Both the position numbers and the translations under genes were made by a program. 64,000 nucleotides of DNA from Monocercomonoides exilis PA203 (Eukaryota > Protista > Preaxostyla): NCBI GenBank assembly GCA_001643675.2, contig LSRY02000055.1, positions 496,001 to 560,000 of the forward strand, given 5' to 3'. Of the stretch, positions 1 to 11,250 are shown piece by piece (the first letter of the stretch is position 1; each line of letters starts with the position of its first letter). The notes beneath the pieces were generated by a model that searched no databases, had not been told where the DNA came from, and saw only the letters and a list, made by a program, of their open reading frames with translations.

Positions 1-296
1 ATCAACAGAAAAAGAGTTATATTGAAATATCTTCAAAAATACCAAAAAAAGTTTTGAATCTGTCTTGTCGGTCGACTTGTCGAGGTACTGTTTGAAAAGT
101 CGGTCTGTCGCAAAGGCCTAATAAGTGGAAATAAATATCATTAAAAAACAACACTTTTGGGTGGAGCAGTTTTTAGTGATATCAACAAAAAATTTACTAG
201 AAAATTTTCTTGATCAATCCCATAACAAAATTTTCATAATCATCTTTTTTGTAAAAAAACTTTAATGCCCGTGAGTCGAAAGTTTGTCTTTGGATT
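1..296. repeat. Left arm of an inverted duplication (partner 3048-3343); contains the reversed left end of the GGCC-TIR element (TIR ends at 118) plus ~176 bp of flank
   Basis: 1-296 is the reverse complement of 3048-3343 (ATCAACAG...TGGATT vs AATCCA...CTGTTGAT). The match runs to the window edge. Confidence 0.95.
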
Positions 297-387
297 TGAT
301 AACGCATCACTTAAATACTTCACAATTGAGATTTGAAATTTACAATTTATCTCTGTATAAAAACTATTTTTCTGATTTTTTAAAAAT

Positions 388-2103
388 GTGATTTTAGAGG
401 AGACTTCTCATTTATTCAATAATTGTTCAAATACAAATCATGGTGGAGCAACATGTTGCGATGACCTGTTCTACATAGACATCATAAAATCAAATTTCAC
501 AAGTTGCACCGCTCTACAAGGAGGAGCAACTTGCATCGCTTGGACACAATCAAACTCTGATTGGTCATTCTCAGAAAACAAAGTTAAAAGTTGTTCAATT
601 GCATGCTTATGTGGAACCTGTTGGTATTTTAACATGGGAAGAACACCAACAAGTGCTCAATTCCTGTTTTCCAAATGCAAGTGCATCTCAAATTCTGGAG
701 GTGATTCAACTGGAGCTTTAACATTTTATAATCCGCCAAGCAATAAACCAAGTCAATTTTCAATCGTTGAATGCCAGTTCATCAATAACAAATAAACTGC
801 TTCTTCCACTTATGGAGGTGCTGCACTGTGCTGTACAGCAACTTATTCCTGGATGAATAGTATGAAATTCATGACATTCTGCTTCTTCGATGGCAATACC
901 GCAACAAATGGAAGAGGAAATGATGTGTTCTTCAGTGGTAATGCCATTACTCAATCTCCGTTTGTGAATTGTGGCTCAACAACCCCAGCAAAAAGAGTCT
1001 GTTATAGAAATACAGCTGATAACGCCGTGTACAATGGCTGGCTCCCTCTCATTGCCCAGAACAAAATCGTTTCTAACAGCGGAACTAATTCTGATGCCTT
1101 TGGCAGACCCCAACAGACCCCATGTTCCACCATCGAGTGTGCCCTCAACGGATTCATATCTCTCCTCCAAGACGCCTCTCTCACCCTCCTCACCTCAACA
1201 TTTGCTCCCACTCAAACACTCACTTTCAGCGCAGCTGATACAAAAATCACTGGAAATAATGAATTTTATCTATTTTCATCAGAATTTCTTCAATCGTTTC
1301 ATCTTCTAATTCAAATAGCTTTTCATTTCACTTTATATTCATGAATTATTATCTTCTTTTCAACAGAAGAACTTATCATCACTTTTCTTTCGAGAAGTAC
1401 AACGGTAGCTCAGAAATTAGTATCTCTTCGACATTTCCTCATTTTATTTCTCTTCTTCCTCTTCTTTTTCCTCTTTCTCCTCCTCCTCCTCATCATCATC
1501 ATCATCATCATCATCTTCTTCTTCTTCTTCTTCTTCTTCTTCTTCTTCTTCTTCTTCTTTCTGCTTCTCAAAAAATGAAAAATTTTCCTTCTTGTTTTTC
1601 TCCTTCTCCTTCTTCTTCTTCTTCTTCTTCTTCTTCTTCTTCTACTTCTTCTTCTTCTTCTTCTTCTATTTCTTCATCGAGTTCTTCTCCACCTTCTCCT
1701 TTTACCCGCTCTCATTCAGATCTTCAATACTCCTTCTTCGGCTTATTGGTTATCTTCTGTTTTCTCCTGTAATCTCTCTCTTCTACTCCAATGTCCACTC
1801 CTCTAACTATCCACTCTGACCTCTCCATCAAATAACCATTCTTCAGAGCAAACTTCGACTTTAACACAAACTCTGCCTGGATAAGCGAAGCCATGCTCCT
1901 GCGAGTCTTTGAATTCAACATCAGAAAGAGTCCCCTCATACACTTCACAATCTTCAAGCACATCCTCAGATTCTCCTTGTGAGGAACCGACTTTGTGAAT
2001 AGATACATCAACGGGTGGTGCCTTTTCTGCGTCTGTAACTTCCGCCATTCGACAAGACTCATCCACACTCTCCTCGTCGCTGTGTCGCTTCCTCGCGAGA
2101 TTG
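388..2103 (+). pseudogene. Decayed fragment of a Cys/Gly-rich surface (parallel beta-helix-like) protein family gene
   Basis: ORFs 388-795 and 853-1344 are in one frame, separated by a TAA at 793. Motifs GGA, CxFxxN, 'GNDVFF' and 'TPCSTIECAL' parallel the 13-22 kb gene. Downstream it is interrupted by CTT/CAT microsatellites and more stops. Confidence 0.7.
1479..1680. repeat. (CCT)n/(CAT)n/(CTT)n trinucleotide microsatellites
   Basis: Directly visible tracts. Confidence 0.95.
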
Positions 2104-3047
2104 TAATGTGCAGAGCACATGAAATGTCTCATAAACTTGAACTACAATTCATTTAAACACTCGCACTGCAACATCTTCTATGCAGCTGTTCTTTCAGACA
2201 ACCATATTTCAGTTCTCCTCATTTATTTGTTCACCACGTTTCATTACATAAATGCAGTCTTTTTGACAACCATCTTCTGTTCAACCAGAAAAAATATTGA
2301 AAAAGTGATCAAAAATTAAGTAATATTGATTTGTTGAAAAAATGTTTGCATCAAAAGAACTCAAGTGAAATTTTTTCAAAGCAAGTATTTTTCATAACCT
2401 TTTGAAACATTTAAATAACTGTTAACCAAAAAACCAACTTCAACAAATACCATTCTTTTTCTCATATATTCATCACTTTTCCATTTTTCCAAATTGCTTC
2501 CTTTTTGCATCTTTTCTTTTGCTTCTCCTTTTTTATCCTTTTTTATTTGGTTTGAATTCACAATATTAATGTATATTTTTCAAAAGTTTTTCATTTTTAA
2601 CATTTAAATTTTCTGAAGAAACCAAAAAGATGTATTATTTTGACTTCACTGTTTTGTTATCATTCGAAAAAAATTATTATTAAATGAGACAATTTCACTA
2701 TGGTGAAATGATCCTATTATCATTTAAACAAATATTCTCATATTCTCTAATTCAAACACAGCAATAATAATTGTCTTCATTTCATAATTATTGCTCACCA
2801 GTAAAAAAAACTCAAAACAAATAAACAACGTTATTAATTGTGAAAAAAATAAATGAATAATTAAATACTTAATTTAACATTATATAAAATAAAAAAGTGA
2901 ATATTAATTCAACAAAAATAGGTTGAAATAACTTCATTAAGTTGGTTTTTTCAAGAAAGAAATAAATCAATAGAAAAGAATTAAAAAAAAAATAAAAGAG
3001 AAGAAAAGGCATGCTGAACTTGTTATGAAATAATTGTCGTTTTATAT

Positions 3048-3343
3048 AATCCAAAGACAAACTTTCGACTCACGGGCATTAAAGTTTTTTTACAAAAAAG
3101 ATGATTATGAAAATTTTGTTATGGGATTGATCAAGAAAATTTTCTAGTAAATTTTTTGTTGATATCACTAAAAACTGCTCCACCCAAAAGTGTTGTTTTT
3201 TAATGATATTTATTTCCACTTATTAGGCCTTTGCGACAGACCGACTTTTCAAACAGTACCTCGACAAGTCGACCGACAAGACAGATTCAAAACTTTTTTT
3301 GGTATTTTTGAAGATATTTCAATATAACTCTTTTTCTGTTGAT
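3048..3343. repeat. Right arm of the inverted duplication with 1-296
   Basis: Reverse-complement match to 1-296. Confidence 0.95.
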
Positions 3344-4149
3344 TTTTTTTGATTAATAAAAATATATTTCAAATTTCCTTCGACAATTAACAACTTTTTT
3401 TGATATTAAAATTTTTTCTGAAAAATTACCAAAAATTCATTTCTAATGGTTTATCGACAGATCTTTGTCGAGATCAGTCTGTCAAAAGATCAGTCTGTCA
3501 AAAGATCAGTCGGTCAAAAAGATCGAACTGTCGAATGGAATAACATTTTTAAAAGCATTTCTTCATTTCAGAAATAGACTTTTGTGACTGTTTTTTTCAT
3601 AAATAACTTTTCAACTTGAAAAATTAAATGATTTTAAAAGAGAAGAAGTGTCTAGTCTATCTGGTATATAATATTATTAGTCCAAAACCTCAATTTGTTA
3701 ATCGCAGGAACTGCTTTCAGATATTGATGTTATAAAACGTCATTATCCAAATAAATAATTATGGAAGCATTCCATAATAATAATTGATTTTTTTGTTTTG
3801 TTTATAAACTTCAAATTTGTGAAAAATGCAGTTGAAAATATGAAAAAGGTTTAGCAAATATCATTGTTTTAATAATTAAATACAATTTATATAATAGTAG
3901 TTTGATGGAATTGTCAATGCTGATGATATTGATTTGAAATAAACAACAAATAATTTTGCGTAATCGAAACACCTGCCTTGGAAGAATAATTCATTCAAAC
4001 GAGAAAAAAATGAGGAAACAAAAATATAGAGAAACGACGAAAGTTGTTATTTAAATAATTAGAGAAAGAAAAAGAAGCCATCTAGATTTTGAAAAAGAAA
4101 GCTGAATTAATATAGAAAACAAAAGAAGAAAAAAGAATTACAAACTGTT

Positions 4150-5000
4150 AGGGATTAGTTCACCTGCTTTCTTTGTTCTCTTTTCTGCTTCTTCTTCCTC
4201 TCCAACATAACCTTTAAAAATCTCTTCTCCTTCGCTTCTTTCCAACGTCTCCTCTTTACCTCTTCACAATCCAACTTCTTCTGCTTCATCTTCTCTTTCA
4301 TCATCCTTCTTCACCTTCCTCTTCTCCTTTTTCTATCTTCTCAATCATCTTAATAACTTCACAGAACGTCATTTTGTTCAACCGCAATTTCTGTTCTTTA
4401 TCGAATATGCAACTGCATCAAGTGCTTCATCATATTCAATACTTACTCCAAAACATGCTATTATTTCAACAACTACAACAACAGCTATTGTAACTATTTC
4501 AGCAAAAAAATTTAACATCATCCTGAAACAACATCTTCAAACATTATTTCTCCTCGGAAAAGCCTTCCATCACATTTCCCCACTATTACTTCCATGCAAA
4601 CACTTTCTCTATCAATGCCATCTCCGTATCAGTCACAATTTGTTGTGCAAATTGTGAACCAACATATTTTCAATCCCTTGTCGACTTACTGAAAGACTTT
4701 GCCATCGAGCGAAGCAAATTCACAAATGGAAGAACAAAATCCATCCATTTCTGATTCTCAGCTGCATCCGCTGTTGCACATTTGATAACAGCAGCATCAG
4801 CAACTGAAGGCAAAAATTGAAGCAACATGACAAAACACACAGACTCCTACTCAAAAAACTTTTCCTCAAAATAGCACTATTCTTTCTTCACTGATTTCAC
4901 CTGCTTTTACATCTTAACCTTTGTCAGTTGCATTGCCGGTGATAACTTTTTCAGAATTTGCGTAGTATTTCATTCCACACGATGTACAGGCATTTTTCCA
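4150..5000 (-). pseudogene. Decayed host gene fragment (helical-repeat-like) inside element A
   Basis: Protein-like reading ('...AAENQKWMDFVLPFVNLLRSMAKSF...') broken by several stops. Confidence 0.35.
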
Positions 5001-5074
5001 TCACCTGCTATTTCATCTTCAATTGCACTTACAAGCTTATATTCGACGCATCTTTGGATACTAAGTTCAATTGT

Positions 5075-6200
5075 CATTGGGCGGAAAGTGGTGCTGAAGC
5101 AGCAGCGAGACTTGTGGAAGCTTGCGATCCAGAATGAACTGGAAAGAGTGAGGAGGAAGCGAGAGAGCTGGAGCTGACAGCACATCAACCAGAAACTGAG
5201 AAACGATATGTTGAGCATCATGAAGGAGAAGGCGCGGTATCTGTGTGCGATGGAGCAGGAGATGCTGGAAAAGGGCGTGAAAGACAGAATGAAAAATTCC
5301 TTTGCAGAGATTTGGAGAATCACGATGAACAAGCACTTAAGAAGGTATTTGAGGAATTTGAAGACAGGGAGAAAGAATTGTTCTGAATGATGTGAAAGAG
5401 ACGATTCTTTGCTATCAAGACTGATTGAAGAAGGCGACAACATTAAGAACAAAGACATCACAGAAGCGGAAGAGGCACAAGCAGATGACAAGAAAGATGC
5501 ATTTGTTGCAAAAAAACGAAAGATTGAGGCAGCTCGTAGCAGGGCAAGTGAATGAAGGAGTTCAGATGGAGGAGTGATGAAGGGAGATTTCAATGCATCC
5601 AAAGAGAGAGCAGGAAAAGCAGAGAGAAGCATCAACGGCAGCGAAGCAGAAGCTGCTGGAGATTGAAGAGAGATAGAGACAGAGAAGAATGGAGTCGGAA
5701 AGAGAAGGGAAAGAAAACAAGGCCATTGAGAAGATTTTGAGGGAAGAGCAAAAGAGAATTGCAGATCATGAAAAGCAGAAGTTGAAAAAGGAGGAGAAGA
5801 TGTTGCGGAGAAGCGAAAACAGGAAGAGGCTGAACAAAACAGAGTCCAATCTGAACAGAAAGAAGAAGCACTGAGACTGCAGGGCGAGTAGAAGTTTGCG
5901 CAGATTCGTGACAGGCTGAAGAAAGAGGCGGAAGCTGCTGAATGAGAAGCATCTGGGTGCATTGGGGATAACAGCTGCGTTGCTGATGACGATTACAGAG
6001 AAAGATGTGGTATTCAAGTTTGTGATCGTGCAGTTCTTTCAGGTGTTGGGAGATGCGCAAAAGAGAGCAGAGGATGTTATACTGAGGGAGAAGGAGAGAG
6101 AGAGAGAGAGAGAAAGGAATCGAAATTGAGAGAAAGAGAAAAAGAAAGAGAACTTGCTTCAAAAGAGTCGAAAAATTAAGAAAGCTCAAAAAGTTTAAAT
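5075..6200 (+). pseudogene. Decayed coiled-coil (E/K/R-rich) host gene fragment inside element A
   Basis: Fragments 5208-5390 and 5689-5874 are helical and charged, with stops and a frame change between them. The 330-aa minus ORF is their antisense shadow. Confidence 0.5.
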
Positions 6201-7306
6201 GAAGCTTCTTCAAAAAGTGAATTTTCAGAAATTCCAGCTTTGCTTTAAGCAACTTTTGATTTTCAGTCAATTCTCCATCAGATTATAATTCTTTCTGCAA
6301 CGCACGATGTTCAAATTCTTCATCACATCACGAAAAACATAAAACAAATTGCAAATGAACAAAATAATCAGCAAATAATGTCGATCTCTCAATCACCAGT
6401 AACTCCCACTCATTGCTCAACATCGATTTCTCCTTCATGTCCTCTTCTTCAATGTCCTGTGTTTATTTCTCCATCTTCTCAGACTTCGCTTCCATTAAAT
6501 TCTGTTATTTTAACACAAAACTACCAGCCTTTCTCACTCGCTCCATCTTCTTCTTCTTCCTTATATTAACATAATTCTGTTTTAATCTATTTAAGCTTCT
6601 GCTACTCAATATCCAATTGTGTTTGTGATGAGCGAATTTACATTTATTGAATGCAAGAGGCTGCTGTCAATTTGAAGTGTTCAAAATTGATCAGTTTTTG
6701 ATGCAGAAATATTGGAACAGACGGAAAAAAAAGAACACAAACAGCAAAACTTCAATTCATTTTATATTTTGTTTTACTATTGTCTGGACTGAAACCGAAT
6801 ATTTTCATAAATCAAACTATTGTTTATATATTTCAATTTTTATTTTGTTTTGGTTTGATTGCAACATTTGTTTGGCTTCGTTTTATTTTCAAAATAGAAA
6901 AAATGAGTTTTATTCGAAAAATTTTGCTATTTTGCTTTTTAGCTTTCTTGAATTTCGTTTCATAAAAAAAGAATTTTCAAAAATATAACACTTTATTTTT
7001 TGTTCATGCTAAAATGAATATTTTTCGAATCTTTCAGTTAGAGAAAAATTTGGATGCTAGAACGAATATCAGATGAATTAAATACATTGTGAATCTCAGA
7101 CTCTCATTAAGAAAAAAAAAACCTCGACATAGGTTTTTCCATTCGACCGACAATCATCCAATAATTTTTCCTTGTCGCAAAGGCCTAGCCACTTATTATC
7201 ATGAATGAAATCGTGAAATTGAAGGAGGTATTTTGTTACACTTATGCCGTTCATGTTGAAGTACATGTTGGAATACTAGTGTGAAGGGTGGACAGTTGAT
7301 TGCCAC

Positions 7307-10300
7307 ATTAACGAAATATAACTGACTACACACACGTTCGTTGTACCATCATTTTTTTCAAACAGTGTCCAAGTTGATGTTTTGCCTGCACCGGGTTGAT
7401 GGTGCAGATAATGTGAGCGATGCTGTGGCGTGGAAATGTTGAGTTTAATCTCCGAGCTTTTCACCTGCACATGGTGCACAGGATGCACCGGGTCAAATAT
7501 ATCCTATAAATTATGTGGGCAAACGAGCAAACGGGGCAAATGGGCATAATACATTTTATGTGAAAATGAACTGTTACCGTAAATGTTCGACGTTAACTTC
7601 AACATCATCTTCCCCGAAATGTTCGTTTCAAAAATAATTCTGTTTCAAAAAAAAATTGTTTTTTTAATTTTTATAAAATGACAAACCCCCTAACAGACAC
7701 TGACAACGTAATCCAACAACTGATTGATTCAATGGAAACAGAACAGGAAACGATGGGAGAACGAATGAAAGATCACATCGTTGACTTGTTCGACTACAAG
7801 AAATACTCTGACAAGAAGCAGGGTCAACGACACACTGGAACAGCTGTCGATATCAGCAAATGTGAGGATCTTTGTGTCGTTGATGTTGACATTAACAAAT
7901 CCCTTCAAGCTGAACAAACAAAAACCATCAGGAATTCCATTCTCGACAAACTCCCACGAAATGTCGGACTTGTACAAACAGCTCATGGTGGTCTTCACAT
8001 TTATTGTGAGCTGTGTAATTATCCCCTCAAATGTTCATCACAAACCAAAGTGTTCACGAGTCCAGAGAACGATATCGACATTTTTGCAGGTATTGGAGAT
8101 GGAAAACAGAGACTTGTTGTTCAAGCTGACTCTTCATACAGAGAGATGAAAGATGGCAAGAGAATCATCACCAAATACATTCCCCTCAACAATTACAGAG
8201 AGCTCACAGATCTTTCATCACTCGAATGTGTTCTTGACGTATTCGGTATTGACCTCAAAACAGAGAATACATCAGCAACAATGGCAGCTGAACCACACAA
8301 TCTTTTCACACAAGATGGAATCGTTGAAATGTCTCCAATAATCGCTCTTGTTCTTGTCGATGGACTCAAAGATGTTGAAATACATAACGATACAGGTTCT
8401 CTGTCACTTGACTCTGAGTTAACTCTTTTGCCGTTATTTGCAGCCCTCAACTCTTTCGTCAACATTAAGGGTTTTCACAACCAATCGATAGATTTTCTTT
8501 TCACTCAAGAAAAAGACACAGCAGCGTAAACAGCAAATGCAATCACTCACCATGAAAAGAAACGAAACAGGTTCAGAGATAACAAGTCACATCCATTTGT
8601 TCTTCAAAAGATTGTCAAGAGATGGAGTCCATCATATTACAACGATGTGATCATTCCACTCCTCAGAAAAGAGAATGAGCAAAAGGAAGAACCTCCACGA
8701 GAGATTTCTGTTCATGAAATAGATCTCAACTCATCGTTCTCATTTCCGAAATCAGGGATAAAGCTTGTCGAAAACAATACTCCTCACTGTCTGAAGTCGC
8801 TGAAGATCTCACAAAAGTGCTGAGATTTGTTGAAGCAAGGATGGAATTCATTGTGACAAAGTTTGACATTCACCCCTCTTGTTATTCGATATCATTCAAT
8901 GCAAAATCAGTAATGCATAAACTGTTCAAAACAATAAAACTCCGGCATGATGACAAAAAGACTATCACAGTTGAGACAGCTTTCGATCAATACTCTCATG
9001 TTCTATCGATCGATGGGGTGAAGTTCTAGTCAGATAACCCTCGAATATTCTCTCTGAGACATTGGTTCAAATATCTAATGACAAACGAACAAAACAACGA
9101 AATCATCAAACCATTCCTTGATTTAACACGAGAAGTTATCTCCAACAACAACGATGAACTCTATCAAAACATCCTCTGTTGGATTTCGTCAATTGTTCAA
9201 AATCCTGGTAAAAAAGCAGAAACATCACATGTTCTCAAAAGTTTGCAAGGTATTGGAAAGAATATCTGGACAAATGTTCTTGTTGAACTGTTGGCTGGAT
9301 ATTCATATCCAAATGTCACAGAGATTGCAGAACTGACAGGACAGTTCCACTCCATCGTCGAAGGGAAAATGCTGATTGTACTGAACGAATTGAAGAATGT
9401 TGGAGATGATCGAACAGCTAACTTTGATGCATTGAAGAGTATAATCACCGATTCAACAATCAGAATCAATGAGAAGAATCAGCCAAGAAGAACAGCTGAG
9501 AACGTAGCTAATTTCATATTTGTGACAAATCACACATACCCAGTAAAAATTGAGATTGGTGACAGAAGATATGTTGTTTGTGATTGTAACTCAAAATATA
9601 AGAACAATCTCACATTCTTCAAGGATTTCACTAACTCTTTCGATAATGAATTCTATGAACAACTTCTCTGTTATTTCCTCAGCAAAGATCTCACCAATTT
9701 CAACACAAGGGCTATTCCAACAACTGAGGCAAAGGAAGATATCATTGCAGCATCACTCTCTGTCATCGATGTGTTCTGTCAGGAGCATTACAATAAACTC
9801 AAAGAAGGGTGGAGATGTTCTGATGCACTATGTTTCAGACCAGTTGAATACAAGAACGATCGCTCATTCCAACTAGCAATTAAAGACAGATGTGAGAGAA
9901 AACAAATGGGTGGAAGAGGAAATCAAGTGTGGTGTTATAAACTCAAACCAGAGTATGAACAACTCTTCAAACGACGAGAAGATGAAGATGACATGGACCG
10001 TTCTGTGGAAATCAACTAAACATATTCGTATTTTTGGAATCATTAATACACAAACGATACAACTTGTGTGCCACCAACGAATTAATAATGTATACCACAG
10101 AAGATGTCATGTGGCAATGTGGCAAAATGACAACATAATCGAAAATAAATAAAAACCCTCAAATTCATAGCAAATTAGGGGGAAAATGCTTATGTTAGCA
10201 GAAATTGCATGTTGGCAGCTCTTTTCAGATGAACTTAAACTATCCTGGACACCTGGACACCTGGACACGCTTCCAGCACGGAGATTTAACTCAACATTTC

Positions 10301-10470
10301 ACTTCCCCAAGCATCTCGATATTGCCACAACCCGGTATCCTGGACACCGATTTACCACTTTTTCAAGTAAAAATATTGTTGTTGGCAACCAACGATAACA
10401 TCAACATGGACCACTGTCCTTAACAATCAACGATTCAATTAACGTGTTCAGTCAGTTATATTTCATTAAT
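7307..10470. mobile_element. Putative integrated replicon/viral-type element: Prim-Pol-helicase gene between degenerate inverted repeats
   Basis: Colinear inverted blocks: 7307-7327 with 10450-10470, 7362-7381 with 10397-10417, 7391-7398 with 10328-10335, and 7433-7454 with 10279-10300. Confidence 0.6.
7678..10019 (+). pseudogene. Disrupted Prim-Pol (AEP) primase-polymerase fused to an SF3/D5-like helicase (DUF5906, NrS-1 polymerase-like architecture), ~780 aa when reconstructed
   Basis: N-terminal 'LCVVDVD' and 'VQTAHGGLHIY' are Prim-Pol motifs. C-terminal Walker A 'LKSLQGIGKN', Walker B 'LIVLNE', 'LKSIITDSTIRINEK', motif C 'FIFVTN' and Arg finger 'GDRR'. Lesions: in-frame TAA at 8527, frameshift near 8742, in-frame TAG at 9027. 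No introns seen. Confidence 0.88.
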
Positions 10471-10717
10471 TAACACATTTATCCCAATCAAGCTTGTTCA
10501 GGCAATAACCACTAACTTTTTCCATCAACTCATCTAACAACTCATCACTTTCGATAACCTTTCTCCTCAATATCTTAATCAACTTCTTCTGTTTTTCAGT
10601 AACATGTTCGTTGTAATACTTAGTTTCTTCTTTACGTTTTTCCTGAAACTGTTTAATTTGTTTCTGTTGAGCCTCTTTCGCTTCTTCCACAGTTGCGTAT
10701 ATCTTCTTCCGACCCAT
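10466..10717 (-). CDS. Small basic helical protein (83 aa), convergent with the primase-helicase; putative DNA-binding accessory protein
   Basis: Intact ATG-to-TAA ORF 'MGRKKIYATVEEAKEAQQKQIKQFQEKRK...' with protein-like composition. Its stop lies in the right inverted repeat. Confidence 0.6.
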   Translation of the reverse strand: MGRKKIYATVEEAKEAQQKQIKQFQEKRKEETKYYNEHVTEKQKKLIKILRRKVIESDELLDELMEKVSGYCLNKLDWDKCVN

Positions 10718-11001
10718 TTACGATAAAACAAAAAACAAAATCAATTATTTTTATTCACGATCACACCAACGATAAAATCAACTGTCATCACTAATTGTCA
10801 GACTAATTTTCCATCTTCGACACTCACACCTGTTATTTCCATCAACGATAACACAAACGATTAACAAACAGGTTCAACACATAAAGCTGTTATTACAAAC
10901 TCATGTATTTCATCAACGAAAACATCAATTTTCACACAAATTCACCACTAATTTACCAACTTCGACACACTGGTTAATGTTTTTGCTAATTCTCCTTCTT
11001 G

Positions 11002-11250
11002 GAGATATGGTATACCCGCTATGGATATATCTCGATTACACCAATCAATAACTCCATCTTTATCGAACATCACTGAATATCTAATCATGATAAACCCCCT
11101 AAGAGTATCAGCAACAACTCTCGATCTCTATCTTATAATCATTGCCTATTCAACTTATAATTCAAGATGATAACTACAACATGATATTCATAAATCGATA
11201 TTATTGAATGACCTAATCGAGATGGATCCATAGCGGGAATACCATATCTC
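11002..11250. mobile_element. MITE-like element (249 bp) with 37-bp TIRs
   Basis: GAGATATGGTATACCCGCTATGGATATATCTCGATTA (11002-11038) versus its inverse at 11214-11250, 3 mismatches. No clear TSD. Confidence 0.65.

Larger units (their letters stand above)
3226..7185. mobile_element. Non-autonomous TIR DNA element, copy A (3960 bp), with 13-bp TIRs and TA flanks
   Basis: TA|GGCCTTTGCGACA at 3224 and TGTCGCAAAGGCC|TA ending at 7187. Subterminal TCGACCGACA motifs at both ends. GACAGATCTTTGTCGAGATCAGTC (~3457) is shared with copy B. No transposase recognised. Confidence 0.8.

Noticed and set aside
3656-3670. GTCTATCTGGTATAT resembling the 33725 TSD/TIR junction
   Set aside because: The match is short, does not continue into the TIR, and has no partner end.
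4970-5962. 330-aa minus-strand Ser/Phe/Leu-rich ORF
   Set aside because: It is the antisense of a purine-rich decayed coiled-coil gene.
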